Of a stretch of 26,428 nt of DNA, positions 1-9,342 are shown piece by piece. The stretch spans positions 1 to 26,428 of the IMG/VR virus record IMGVR_UViG_3300037510_000097. The stretch is one strand, 5' to 3'. The translations under genes and the position numbers were made by a program. How positions within the stretch are numbered: the stretch's first letter is position 1; each line of letters begins with the position of its first letter. The DNA comes from a virus (lineage: Duplodnaviria; Caudoviricetes). The notes beneath the pieces were generated by a model. The model had not been told where the DNA came from. It searched no databases and saw nothing but the letters and a program-made list of their open reading frames with translations.

Positions 1-336
1 CATTACCGTACTGCGCTAGCCAAAGCTCGAGCGCGCTACGAAGGCACGACACGACTGAGTTATCTCGCGGGATTGTCGGGCTGGTACTTGAAGCGCTACG
101 AAGGGCTGTACTGGGCCGCCGTGCGTGACGCGCTGGACGTACTGGCATGGTGTGCGGCGCAGCCTGCAGATGCGCCTAAGAGCGTTCGCGGTACTGTGCT
201 TCGGATAGCCGCCGAGCGCATGGACGCGTGCCGCGAGCTGGCGCAGCTCGGGCTCACACCCGACAGCTCGAAAGAGGCGCAGCTTGCAGCTATTCGCGAC
301 CGTCTGATCGAAATCCGAAACGCTGTAATGGCCTAG
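1..336 (+). CDS. Hypothetical protein, 5'-truncated by window edge
   Basis: Frame 1 is open from base 1 to TAG 334-336; its stop overlaps the convergent primase stop in CTAG (333-336). Confidence 0.6.
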   Translation, partial: HYRTALAKARARYEGTTRLSYLAGLSGWYLKRYEGLYWAAVRDALDVLAWCAAQPADAPKSVRGTVLRIAAERMDACRELAQLGLTPDSSKEAQLAAIRDRLIEIRNAVMA

Positions 337-2981
337 GCGCCGATCAGGTCGGGGTGCGTGCTAGCGCCGTACTGGCGCCGCGCGGTTACGCCTTGCAGCC
401 GTCCGACGTGCAAGCCGCGCGAGCGCAGCGCGAAGGCGATGCGCTTACGATGGCTGCGCGCGCCAATGAAGCGCACGTGTTGATCAAGCTGCGTATTCGT
501 CAGGTAGATCCAGTTGCGATCGTTTCCGACCTGATCCGCGTGCCAGTCGAAACCGATCACGGCTTCGCCCGATTGATCAACGCGCTTCTCCGGCACGCCG
601 CGATCCCACAGCTCGTGAATCACCTGCTCTACGTCGCTGACTTCCATATGCTTCGACGCCACAGCAGCCGCTAGCGCGGCTTCGTCCGCGGTCAGATAGG
701 TTTGCTCGCCTGCGCGGTATAGTGCGACTGCAGCGCCCCACAGCGTGTCGCGTAGCTCGGCTATCGCCGCGAGATCGATCGGCCGTTCGCGTGTCGCGTG
801 CGTCTCGAGCACGTTGACGCGGCTGTTGCCGGTCATGTCTACGAACAACTGGCCCGTGTTCGTTGTGCCGCACGGGATTGAGCGACGCGGGTGATCCTTT
901 TCGGTACGTGCGTACGCGCTGCGAAAAGTATCCACGCGAGTAGATAGAAAATTCTTCACGGCGCCTGTGCGATCGGCGCGCAAGTCTTTGTCGATTTCGT
1001 CAATGCAGACGATCCACTTACCGAGAATCAGCGCCTTGTTATCGCGGCTGCCGTCGATCTGCGCGCCTTCGAGGAACCAGTTTCGATCGGGACACAGAGC
1101 GCCAAACGTATTCGACTTACCTACGTTTTGGCTTTCCGAAAACAACACGAGCACTTCGCGTTGAATACACCCCGGCTCGAATGCGCGCTGAACGGCCGAC
1201 AGTAGCCAGCGCTTACCGACCGCGCGCGCGTAGGGCGTATCGCTAACCTGAACGTGTGAGATCCAAAACAGCTCTAAGAATTCGCGAGCTTCGTCAAGCG
1301 TGCCATCCCAAACGCAGCTATCCAGGTAGTCCGTAACCGGGTTGAACACCATACCCTGCGCCAGCGTCGCGAAGGCTTCTGCGAGCATCGCAGGCGTAGC
1401 GTAAGCGTAATCGTGCACATCGGAAATGTACGAAACGGCTAGACTGTAGTCCGCGTCTTCGATCTGCCGTGGGAACGGTCGCACGTCGTCAGGACGCCAT
1501 GGCGGCGCGCGCATGACGCAGACGCGCGCAGCGAATTCGTTGTAGCCGAGCACATCCGAGATATCGGGCAGCGACGCGATCGCGAAAACGTTCGCGTAGC
1601 AGCGCTCTACGCCGCCAAGCTCATTGCGTGCCAAGTCACCGATTGCTTTTGGTCGCCACGGGTCCAGCATACCCGCATCGATCGCGGTCGCTAGCGTCGT
1701 TTCGATATCGGGGCGCGGAATGCCCTGCTTACCGAGCGTGCATACCTCGATCGCCGCGTCTTCGATTTGCTGACGCGAGAGGTAGTGCGGCACGTAGCGC
1801 CCGAGATCGCGCGCGACTACGGCGAGCTGTTGCGGGTTGCCGCGTAGAATTTTCTTGGCGGTTTCGAGCTTCTTTTGCGCCTTGAAAACGTCGCGTACGT
1901 CGATACTGCCCGGATCCGCGGGCGCGGCGGGCTGTACAACGATCGTTTCGCCGGGCGGCATGCGTTTTCGGAAGCTGGCGGCGTCGGGGTAACGCGCGCG
2001 CAGCCAGCGCCCGAGCGTTCCGGCCGGCAAGCGCTCGAGGAATTCGCACGGCGTACCGACGAAAACGCCGCCCGCGGTCGCGGTACCCACGGGCGGATCG
2101 AGCTGCGCATGTTTGCCACCGTGGCAATTCCATCGGCCGTCTTCGCGTACGGCAAGGCCGTCGCTCGAGCCACACGCCGGGCATTCGTAGCGCGTAGCGC
2201 CGGGCTCGTACTCAGCGAGGATTTCGGCGTGTTCGGCGTTCCATGCCTCAAGCGCCCGCGCCGTTAGCGGATCCATGTTGTCGGGGCGTGACAACACCGC
2301 TAACGGCGCGGGCGCTTCAAACGCAGGCACGGCAACGAAATCGGATTCACACTGAACAAGCCCAATACGGGCGCTCATAGGATCGGCAATGCCGGGATCG
2401 ATCAACGGATCCGCCGTAAAGTGGGGCTGTACCGTGCGAAAAACGGACGTGTCGATCTTCAGCGGTACGTCGCGCAACCACGTTTTCAGCTGCGCGCCCG
2501 TGACGGGAACCTGCAGAAGAAACCACAAGTGCAACCGGATCCCGTCCTTGAAGCCTGCGCTACCGGATGCGCGCCAAACGTAGGACGCTGTGTGAAACTC
2601 GGGCGGCAGGCGTTCAACAATATCGGCTGCGAAGTCTGCGGGGTGGCTTGGAAACAGCCCGGTAAAGCCGGGCGGCTCGTCTACGGAGTCGAAATCAAGT
2701 AACACCCACGCCTGCGGTACTTCGATTAGATTGGCGTCTTCGTCGGCGCTTGTGCGGCGACACGGCTGCTCTGTATCAGGCTTGAGAACACCGCGGATAA
2801 CACACGCGTCGCGACGGCCGCGCAGCTCGGAAAGCAGATCGAACAGCTCGAGCGCGGAATCTACGCGTCGCGGCGTATACGTCCACAGGTACGGGAGCGG
2901 GGGAACAGGATCAACGCCGTTCGTCGTGACGTGCTTGCACAGATGCGCGCCCGCGGACGAAGCGACGGTAAGGAACGCCAT
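333..2981 (-). CDS. Primase-helicase fusion: AEP/Rep-like primase N-domain, Zn-finger, VapE/VirE-like P-loop ATPase
   Basis: 882 aa. LLDFD, SGSAG and RLHLWF primase-type motifs; CPAC...CHGGKH; Walker A SQNVGKS, Walker B IDEID, and FRSAYAR...GTTN typical of VapE-like domains. Confidence 0.85.
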   Translation of the reverse strand: MAFLTVASSAGAHLCKHVTTNGVDPVPPLPYLWTYTPRRVDSALELFDLLSELRGRRDACVIRGVLKPDTEQPCRRTSADEDANLIEVPQAWVLLDFDSVDEPPGFTGLFPSHPADFAADIVERLPPEFHTASYVWRASGSAGFKDGIRLHLWFLLQVPVTGAQLKTWLRDVPLKIDTSVFRTVQPHFTADPLIDPGIADPMSARIGLVQCESDFVAVPAFEAPAPLAVLSRPDNMDPLTARALEAWNAEHAEILAEYEPGATRYECPACGSSDGLAVREDGRWNCHGGKHAQLDPPVGTATAGGVFVGTPCEFLERLPAGTLGRWLRARYPDAASFRKRMPPGETIVVQPAAPADPGSIDVRDVFKAQKKLETAKKILRGNPQQLAVVARDLGRYVPHYLSRQQIEDAAIEVCTLGKQGIPRPDIETTLATAIDAGMLDPWRPKAIGDLARNELGGVERCYANVFAIASLPDISDVLGYNEFAARVCVMRAPPWRPDDVRPFPRQIEDADYSLAVSYISDVHDYAYATPAMLAEAFATLAQGMVFNPVTDYLDSCVWDGTLDEAREFLELFWISHVQVSDTPYARAVGKRWLLSAVQRAFEPGCIQREVLVLFSESQNVGKSNTFGALCPDRNWFLEGAQIDGSRDNKALILGKWIVCIDEIDKDLRADRTGAVKNFLSTRVDTFRSAYARTEKDHPRRSIPCGTTNTGQLFVDMTGNSRVNVLETHATRERPIDLAAIAELRDTLWGAAVALYRAGEQTYLTADEAALAAAVASKHMEVSDVEQVIHELWDRGVPEKRVDQSGEAVIGFDWHADQVGNDRNWIYLTNTQLDQHVRFIGARSHRKRIAFALRSRGLHVGRLQGVTARRQYGASTHPDLIGA

Positions 2982-2989
2982 TGTTGGGA

Positions 2990-3018
2990 GTTATACGCGT
3001 GTGTGCGCTGAAATGCAA
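2990..3018 (-). promoter_or_regulatory. Sigma70-like promoter for the primase gene
   Basis: Minus strand TTGCAT (3018-3013), 17 nt spacer, TATAAC (2995-2990); ATG follows after 8 nt with no SD. Confidence 0.6.
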
Positions 3019-3044
3019 GCGGCGAGAATTCGTATCGAGCGCTC

Positions 3045-3073
3045 TTGCGCGAACGCGGAAGGCACGTTAGAAC
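3045..3073 (+). promoter_or_regulatory. Divergent sigma70-like promoter for the rightward operon
   Basis: TTGCGC (3045-3050), 17 nt spacer, TAGAAC (3068-3073); GGAGG at 3092-3096 precedes ATG 3101. Confidence 0.5.
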
Positions 3074-3100
3074 GGACGTACACAACGTTACGGAGGCACA

Positions 3101-3700
3101 ATGACGACAGACGCAATCAAGGTTCCTGACCACGTCCAAGCGCTGCGCCCCGGCGCCAAGTTTACACAACATGCGAACGGCGGCGGTTGGGTTCAGGAAG
3201 GCGCGCATATTGACGCCAGTGCATACCTGGGAAGTACAGCTGCGATTTTCGACCGCGCGCGGGTGTCCGGCGACGCGCAGGTGTTCGGCGCCGCGCGGGT
3301 GTCCGGCGACGCGCAGGTGTCCGGCGCCGCGCAGGTGTTCGGCGCCGCGCGGGTGTTCGGCGACGCGCGGGTGTTCGGCGACGCGCAGGTGTTCGGCGCC
3401 GCGCAGGTGTTCGACCGCGCGCGGGTGTTCGGCGCCGCGCAGGTGTCCGGCGCCGCGTGGGATGTTTCGCCGTTTTTCGCGATCGTCGGTCGGTTCGGGC
3501 TCACGCATACGGATCGCAACCGCGTTCAGATCGGCTGTCAGAACCATAGTATTTCTGAGTGGCTCGGCAAAGTCGGGCGCGATCTCAAAAAGCAACACAA
3601 CTTGACGAGTGGCGAAGCCCAGACCATTCATACGCTACTCTTGATGCTCAAGAACGCGAAACAACCGAAAGCCGTCAAGTCGGAAAAGGTGACAAAATGA
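3101..3700 (+). CDS. Hexapeptide-repeat (left-handed beta-helix-like) protein
   Basis: A[RQ]V[FS]G[DA] repeats with HANGGGWV N-terminus and IGCQ C-terminal part; good SD. Confidence 0.8.
   Translation: MTTDAIKVPDHVQALRPGAKFTQHANGGGWVQEGAHIDASAYLGSTAAIFDRARVSGDAQVFGAARVSGDAQVSGAAQVFGAARVFGDARVFGDAQVFGAAQVFDRARVFGAAQVSGAAWDVSPFFAIVGRFGLTHTDRNRVQIGCQNHSISEWLGKVGRDLKKQHNLTSGEAQTIHTLLLMLKNAKQPKAVKSEKVTK
3257..3454 (+). repeat. 11 x 18-bp in-frame tandem repeat
   Basis: Consensus gcgc(a/g)ggtgt(t/c)cggcg(a/c)c; one unit ends gaccgc. Confidence 0.95.
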
Positions 3701-4527
3701 GCACACCGACGAGCAAAGAATTCGCGGAGCGCTTCAACGCTCTGTGGTGCGATATCGCCGCGCACAAGCCCGGGACGTGGCAGAACGTATACGCGATCGT
3801 CGTCGCGTTCCAAGCGCTGTGGGTGGACGTGATCGAGGCGCTGACGCACGCAGAAGAGCGTGCACACGCAGCCGAGCGCGGCGAGCAAGAGGCGCACAAA
3901 GCGGAAGTCGCAGCACGCGTCAAGTGGGATCATACCGAAGCACGCCTGCAGGCGTGCCGTATAACCTTGGACTGCGTACGCACCGAAAATGCGGGGTTGC
4001 TTGCCGATTTGTGCGAATCCGAAGAAGCGCGCAAGAAAGCTGTAGGTATTGCGACGGCAGCCGACAGGTGCGCACAATCCTGCTTAGACTGCATGCGCAC
4101 GTACGAAGCCGAGCGCGACGCGTGGCGCCGGCTGCACGATGCCGCGCTCGAAAGCGAAGACGAGTTGCGCGTGGAAAACCGCAAGCTTCGGGATACGATT
4201 CGCGCTATGATGACGCGGGCGAATCCACCCAACGCGTTCAGACGTAGCGGTCTGATCCCGGTAAGAGACTGGACGGCGCCAACGATCCGCGACGCGCAAC
4301 GCGTTTACCGCTCGGGTGAAGTGCTCAAAACGCCGGGTGAGATCGAAGCCGCTTTGCGGCAGGGTCACGAGTTGGATTGGTACGACAAATCCGGACACTG
4401 CATTTCGTACAGATACGACAGCTGCGGCCGTCTTGAGCATAAGTATTTCTCGCGTTGGGAAAAAGCAAACGAAGGCTTGCACTACGTATGTAACGGAAAC
4501 GAAAAGTTTACGGTGTGCGTCGCGTGA
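3697..4527 (+). CDS. Hypothetical protein with long coiled-coil-like region
   Basis: ATG 3697 overlaps the upstream TGA (ATGA); E/A/R-rich helical middle. Confidence 0.7.
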   Translation: MSTPTSKEFAERFNALWCDIAAHKPGTWQNVYAIVVAFQALWVDVIEALTHAEERAHAAERGEQEAHKAEVAARVKWDHTEARLQACRITLDCVRTENAGLLADLCESEEARKKAVGIATAADRCAQSCLDCMRTYEAERDAWRRLHDAALESEDELRVENRKLRDTIRAMMTRANPPNAFRRSGLIPVRDWTAPTIRDAQRVYRSGEVLKTPGEIEAALRQGHELDWYDKSGHCISYRYDSCGRLEHKYFSRWEKANEGLHYVCNGNEKFTVCVA

Positions 4528-6083
4528 GCGAAACGCTAAAATTCAGCGCGAGTAGCGCCAAGCTGTGGGAAACGTGCCAGCGCGTTTGGGGCCGAACGTA
4601 CATCGAAAAGGTACGCGAGCCGCAAGGCGAAAAGGCGGGTCTTGGCGAGCGTGGGCACACGATCACCGAAGACTACTTGACGGACGGGACGGCGCCGAAT
4701 ACATCCGAAACGGTTACGATCGAGTCGAAGGGAAAGGCGCGCGTCTATTACCCTGGGCGCTTCGTGCATGCGATTCTGCCGTACCTGCCGCCCGCGGGAT
4801 CGCTGCAACGTGACGTGGAAACGGAACGGCCTTTCGAGTACGTGCTTGGCGGGCATCGTATCGGCGGATACAAAGACGTGCGGATCACACCCGCGGGTAG
4901 CAACGTCGTTCAGGTCAAGGATCACAAGTTCACGTCCAGTCTACAGTACGCGCTGACGCCTGTTACGATCCTTTCGGATCTGCAGGCGCAGATTTACGCG
5001 GATGAAGAATTCGAGCATACCGATTGCGAAGCCGTAGAGCTGCAATGGACGTACGGTCAGTTTGACGCGAAGTCAGCTCGAGCGGTCAAGGCGCTAGTGC
5101 GTCGCGATCGCGAGCCGATGAAACGACACCTGCCGATGTTCGATGCCATGGCAAAGGCGTACGACACGGTCAAGGACGCGCACGATCTGCCGAAAAATCT
5201 TGCATCGTGCTTCCGGTATGGTAAAGAGTGTTACGCCGCCGAATGGTGCGGAATCAATCACGCCGATCGCGTAGCGCGAATCATGGCGAACGTTACGAAA
5301 GGATCGCAAATCATGGCCAGTGCTGCATTGTTGAAACTCAAGGGAAATCAGGCGCGCGCGAAGGTGATCGAAGCGGGCGGTACCGCTGCGCAGGGTGACA
5401 CGGCTTTCGCGCTCGCGAGTAGCGCGACGACTCCGCTGGACGTTCCCGCCGCCGTCGCGGCCGCCATGGGCGCGAGCGCACCCGCCGCACCCGCCGCACC
5501 CGCCGCACCCGCCGCACCCGAGCCCGCAGCCACGGTCGCCCCGATCAACCCCCCAGGTGAAGCGCAAGCCGCAGCCGCACACATCGCAGCGCAAGCGGCG
5601 GCCGTCGTCGCGCAAACCACGCCCGCGCCGCAGTCTGCGCCCGAAGCCGCGCCCGCGAAGAAGCCGCGCGGGCGCCCGCGCGCGAGCGCTTCCGAAGCAC
5701 CCGCGGCGGCACCCGTTGCGACGTACGTCCCCGAAACTGCAGCGCCCGCAGCCGCGCCCGCGGCGGACGGTGCGGCGAAGCAGACGCGTATCAAAACGCT
5801 CTTCGTGGACTGCATGCCGGTGACGGGGCCGCGTCCCGAAAGCGGTCACAACCTGATCTCGGAAGCGCTCGAGGCGATCGCGTCCGATGCGGATCTCGGT
5901 GTGTCGCATTACGCGTTCATCGATTACGGCAAAGGGCGCGGCGCGCTTTCGGTGTGCGTGCTCGCAGCGCTGGACGAGCGGCCGGACTGCGACGTGTACT
6001 TGAGCACGCAGAGTCCCGAAGGGCGTGACGCGCTCGAGGCGCTGGCGTCGCGCGCAAATCTCGTGGTGCGGGGCGGGCTGTGA
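4524..6083 (+). CDS. PD-(D/E)XK Cas4/AddB-like exonuclease with Ala/Pro-rich linker and C-terminal domain
   Basis: SASS...C, GYKD, DHKFT, QAQIYA and a C-x6-C-x5-C cluster; GTGA coupling at 4524. Confidence 0.8.
   Translation: MSETLKFSASSAKLWETCQRVWGRTYIEKVREPQGEKAGLGERGHTITEDYLTDGTAPNTSETVTIESKGKARVYYPGRFVHAILPYLPPAGSLQRDVETERPFEYVLGGHRIGGYKDVRITPAGSNVVQVKDHKFTSSLQYALTPVTILSDLQAQIYADEEFEHTDCEAVELQWTYGQFDAKSARAVKALVRRDREPMKRHLPMFDAMAKAYDTVKDAHDLPKNLASCFRYGKECYAAEWCGINHADRVARIMANVTKGSQIMASAALLKLKGNQARAKVIEAGGTAAQGDTAFALASSATTPLDVPAAVAAAMGASAPAAPAAPAAPAAPEPAATVAPINPPGEAQAAAAHIAAQAAAVVAQTTPAPQSAPEAAPAKKPRGRPRASASEAPAAAPVATYVPETAAPAAAPAADGAAKQTRIKTLFVDCMPVTGPRPESGHNLISEALEAIASDADLGVSHYAFIDYGKGRGALSVCVLAALDERPDCDVYLSTQSPEGRDALEALASRANLVVRGGL
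5478..5520 (+). repeat. About 4.8 x 9-bp tandem repeat (gcacccgcc, APA)
   Basis: Read directly in the nuclease linker. Confidence 0.9.
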
Positions 6084-6175
6084 TCGCTAATCATCTCGGC
6101 GCGATTCTCGTGATCGTGGCCGCAGGGTTTTTCGTGGCGTGGGCGCTTGTCGCCTACCAGAACAGCGACGACTAG
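6080..6175 (+). CDS. Small single-TM protein (31 aa), not in ORF track
   Basis: GTGA coupling; MIANHLGAILVIVAAGFFVAWALVAYQNSDD fills the gap between genes. Confidence 0.55.
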   Translation: MIANHLGAILVIVAAGFFVAWALVAYQNSDD

Positions 6176-6179
6176 CCAC

Positions 6180-6386
6180 ATGGCCGGCAAAATCGAAGAC
6201 ATGTCGGATAACGAGCGCGTTCAAAAACTCGTGCGCTTGGACGCGTTGCGCGCTCGCGTGTCGCTGAAACTCAAAGAGGCGGAAGCCTGGCTGCAGCGCA
6301 CAGAAAACGAAGTGTCGCTAAAAGCACTATGGGCTGACTTGGATGCCGCGATTCAAGAGCTTCCCGTGCCGGAAAAGGACGACTAA
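6180..6386 (+). CDS. Hypothetical helical protein
   Basis: ATG 6180 in frame with the listed ORF; its stop abuts the next ATG. Confidence 0.65.
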   Translation: MAGKIEDMSDNERVQKLVRLDALRARVSLKLKEAEAWLQRTENEVSLKALWADLDAAIQELPVPEKDD

Positions 6387-6740
6387 ATGCACGTAATGAT
6401 GACAATCACGGCTCTTCAGCGCCTCTTTTACGACAACGCGCGAACGCACGGCTTCCATCCGAAGCGCAAACGCAAGCCGACGCCCGCGCAGTTGGCGCAG
6501 TACATCGCGCTGCTTCACTCGGAAGCCAGCGAAGCGCTTGAGTGCGTGCGCAACGGAGAAATGAAGACGACGATCCGCAAGGACGGCAAGCCCGAAGGCT
6601 TCCCTACCGAGTTGGCGGATCTCGCGATTCGGCTCTTCGATACGGCCGAAGCGTGCGGGATCAACCTGTCAGACGAAATGCGGCGTAAGCACGCATACAA
6701 CGTGACGCGGCCACGAAAGCATGGCGGAAAGGTGTTCTAG
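6387..6740 (+). CDS. MazG-like nucleotide pyrophosphohydrolase
   Basis: HSEASEALE...KPEGFPTELADLAIRLFD (ExxE...ExxD) and C-terminal YNxxRPxKHGGK. Confidence 0.85.
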   Translation: MHVMMTITALQRLFYDNARTHGFHPKRKRKPTPAQLAQYIALLHSEASEALECVRNGEMKTTIRKDGKPEGFPTELADLAIRLFDTAEACGINLSDEMRRKHAYNVTRPRKHGGKVF

Positions 6741-6943
6741 TGGAAAAGAAAATGCCCGATCGAGCCCCCGACGACGGGCCGATATCTGTGCGCCGAGTCG
6801 CAGGCACGGAAATCTTAGAAATTTCGTGTAACGGCGAATCACTTTTCGTGTCTCCGTTCAACGCGTGGCGCATTTTCGGTGCGTTAGCACTCATGTTGGA
6901 CATTCCACTTTCGAAAAACGTAGCCCGCACGATTCGGTTCTAG
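6740..6943 (+). CDS. Hypothetical protein
   Basis: Start overlaps the upstream stop; tightly packed operon. Confidence 0.6.
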   Translation: MEKKMPDRAPDDGPISVRRVAGTEILEISCNGESLFVSPFNAWRIFGALALMLDIPLSKNVARTIRF

Positions 6944-6945
6944 CC

Positions 6946-8733
6946 GTGGCCGAAAGCCGCGCCCGAGCCGCCCTTGAAGCCGCGTTGAAGCGCGGCGGAT
7001 TGTCGCTGGACGATCTGCCGCGCAACACACGCGAAGGGCGTGCCATCCGCAAATACGGCGTGTACGCGTCGCAGGAATTCAAGCGGATTGACGCGCTCCC
7101 GCGGCGCGAGTGGCACGCGTACGAAAACCTGCAGGACATCATAACGACTGTGTCGGATCACTTGCGGGCGCCGGGCGGCACGCAAACGCTGTTTCCTGTG
7201 CAGGCGGTTGCGTTACTCGAATGCGCCGATCACAGCGGCTTGATCGCTGGCATCCGCACGGGCGGCGGAAAGACGATCCCGAGCTTCCTCGCGTCCGTCA
7301 TGCTGGACGCGAAACGCCCGGTGCTGTTCGTGCCCGCCAAGCTGCGGACGAAAACCGAAAATGATCTGCAGGCGGCGCGTGAACACTGGCGCGTGCCAAA
7401 CGATCTGCAGGTCATGAGCTACGAAGACTTGAGCCAAGTTTCGTGGTGCGATTGGCTCATGAACTATCAGCCCGGCGCCGTGATCGGCGACGAAGCGCAC
7501 AAGCTCAAGAGCGATGATAGCGCCCGCGCGCTGCGCATGGAGCGCTTTCTAGAGGCGTTCCCGAAGACGCCCGTAGTTCTGTTTTCGGGTACGTTTCTGC
7601 GCAAGAATCCACGCGACGCAGCGAAGCTTTTCGGGTGGGCGCTTGGCGAGCGCAGCCCGTTTCCGCTGGTTTGGAAAGACGTAGAAGACTGGTGTAGTGC
7701 GCTCGATCCGCGCGCGCGCAAGCCGATGGCGCCGGGCGCTCTGCTCAACTGGCTCGAGCCGGGCGAGACTGAGACGCCCGGCGCTGTGCGGCTCGCGGTT
7801 GGCCGGCGTGTAGCGCAAACCCCCGGCGTAGTCATGAGCCACGGCAAGGGCGTAGATTGCGGGCTACAGGTCGTTGCGGATGTGATCGAGCATGAAGCAT
7901 GTGAACCGCACATGAAGCGCCTAAAGACGCTGGACGAAGCGCCTGACGGATGGGTGATCAATGATGCTCCGGTCAAGTGGGGCGTAGAGCAGACGCTAGC
8001 GCTCGGATTCTATTACGTACCCGATCCGCGGCCGCCTGACGAATGGGCGACTGCGCGGCGCGAATGGAACGCACTAGCGCGCGAGCTGATCAAGGACAAG
8101 CGCACAACGATCGACAGTGACCTACAGGCATGGAACGCATGCGCGGCCGCAGATCCGCAACCGGAGATCTTCACGACGTGGCGCGACATTCGCGATACGT
8201 TCGAAATGAACGTAAGCCCGGTGTGGTTTTCAGACGAGATCGTGCAGAAAGCCGCTGCGTGGCTGAAGAAACACGAAGGCGTAGTGTGGACGCAGTACAC
8301 GGCTTTCGGCGAACGTCTAGCCGAGCTGGCGGGCGTTTCGTACTTCAGCGCGGACGCATGCGATGCGCACGGGCTAAGCCTTGTGCACGCGCCCGCGGGT
8401 CCGTGCGTGGCGTCGATTGAAGCGTGCGGCGAGGGCTTGAACCTGCAGGATCGTTGGCACCGTTGCCTGTACGTTATGCCGCCAAGTAACGGCGCGCTGT
8501 GGGAGCAATCACTTGCGCGCTTTCATCGGCTCGGGCAGCCGAAAACCGAGGTAATCGCGGATGTGTGGATCACGTCGCGCGTGGCATGGAACAATCTACA
8601 GAACGCGATCGCGGCCGAGAAAGCGATTTCGCAACTTTCGCTAGACGATCAGCGCAAGCTCGCGATTGCGGACGTGCTGCTACCCGCGGAGCACGAAGTG
8701 TTGGGGCGTCCCGGATACAGGTGGGTGCGTTGA
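6946..8733 (+). CDS. SF2 (SNF2-like) DNA helicase
   Basis: TGGGKT, DEAH, SGT, EGLNLQ, EQSLARFHRLGQ; GTG 6946 just after the upstream stop is the likely start. Confidence 0.9.
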   Translation: MAESRARAALEAALKRGGLSLDDLPRNTREGRAIRKYGVYASQEFKRIDALPRREWHAYENLQDIITTVSDHLRAPGGTQTLFPVQAVALLECADHSGLIAGIRTGGGKTIPSFLASVMLDAKRPVLFVPAKLRTKTENDLQAAREHWRVPNDLQVMSYEDLSQVSWCDWLMNYQPGAVIGDEAHKLKSDDSARALRMERFLEAFPKTPVVLFSGTFLRKNPRDAAKLFGWALGERSPFPLVWKDVEDWCSALDPRARKPMAPGALLNWLEPGETETPGAVRLAVGRRVAQTPGVVMSHGKGVDCGLQVVADVIEHEACEPHMKRLKTLDEAPDGWVINDAPVKWGVEQTLALGFYYVPDPRPPDEWATARREWNALARELIKDKRTTIDSDLQAWNACAAADPQPEIFTTWRDIRDTFEMNVSPVWFSDEIVQKAAAWLKKHEGVVWTQYTAFGERLAELAGVSYFSADACDAHGLSLVHAPAGPCVASIEACGEGLNLQDRWHRCLYVMPPSNGALWEQSLARFHRLGQPKTEVIADVWITSRVAWNNLQNAIAAEKAISQLSLDDQRKLAIADVLLPAEHEVLGRPGYRWVR

Positions 8734-8823
8734 CGAATTCGTACGCACGCACCTTGCAAGTGCGCTTGCGCAATGGTAAGTGTCCTAACAACTGGCGGCT
8801 ACGCCGCACGAAAGGTCGAAACA

Positions 8824-9336
8824 ATGGGTTTGCAAGCACGATTCAAGCGGGGTCTCAAACCGGGTGGCGTTCGCTCGCCGTTCCTGACGCCCGGTAAGTT
8901 CAAGGTGAAGTGCGAGAGCATGCGGTTCGTCAAGGGGACGCGCGCAGGTACGGACCTGTTCGCGCTCGAGATGACGATCCTCGAAAGCGACGATCCGAAC
9001 ACGAAACCGGGCTCGCGCCGTCAGTATTCCGTGACGGACAACGAAGACAATCAGGGCTTCATTCTCACGATCGCCATGGCGTTCATGGGGATCGATCCGA
9101 CCGTCGTTCCCACCGACGAAGAGCTGGCGGACATCGGTACCGCGCTCGAAACGTTCGCGGCGCCCGAAGAAAAGGACGCAACCGGCAAGGTGATCAAGGG
9201 TCAGGCGGCTCGCGGGCTCGTCTGCATGGTCAACGCGTACCACCTCATGAAGAAGGGCGAGATCGTCAAGACGAAGAAGGGCGATCCGGTCACGGTCGGT
9301 TCGTTCTACCCGTGCGACGAAGCCGCAGCGGCGTGA
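8824..9336 (+). CDS. Probable ssDNA-binding/replication accessory protein (DUF669-like OB fold)
   Basis: Beta-rich PGKFKVK...ALEMTILESD pattern, position between helicase and polymerase, AAAGG before ATG 8824. Function is inferred. Confidence 0.5.
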   Translation: MGLQARFKRGLKPGGVRSPFLTPGKFKVKCESMRFVKGTRAGTDLFALEMTILESDDPNTKPGSRRQYSVTDNEDNQGFILTIAMAFMGIDPTVVPTDEELADIGTALETFAAPEEKDATGKVIKGQAARGLVCMVNAYHLMKKGEIVKTKKGDPVTVGSFYPCDEAAAA

Positions 9337-9342
9337 TCGGGT

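Noticed and set aside
3257-3454. CRISPR array
   Set aside because: Contiguous in-frame coding repeats with no spacers; the Cas4-like gene has no other cas genes nearby.
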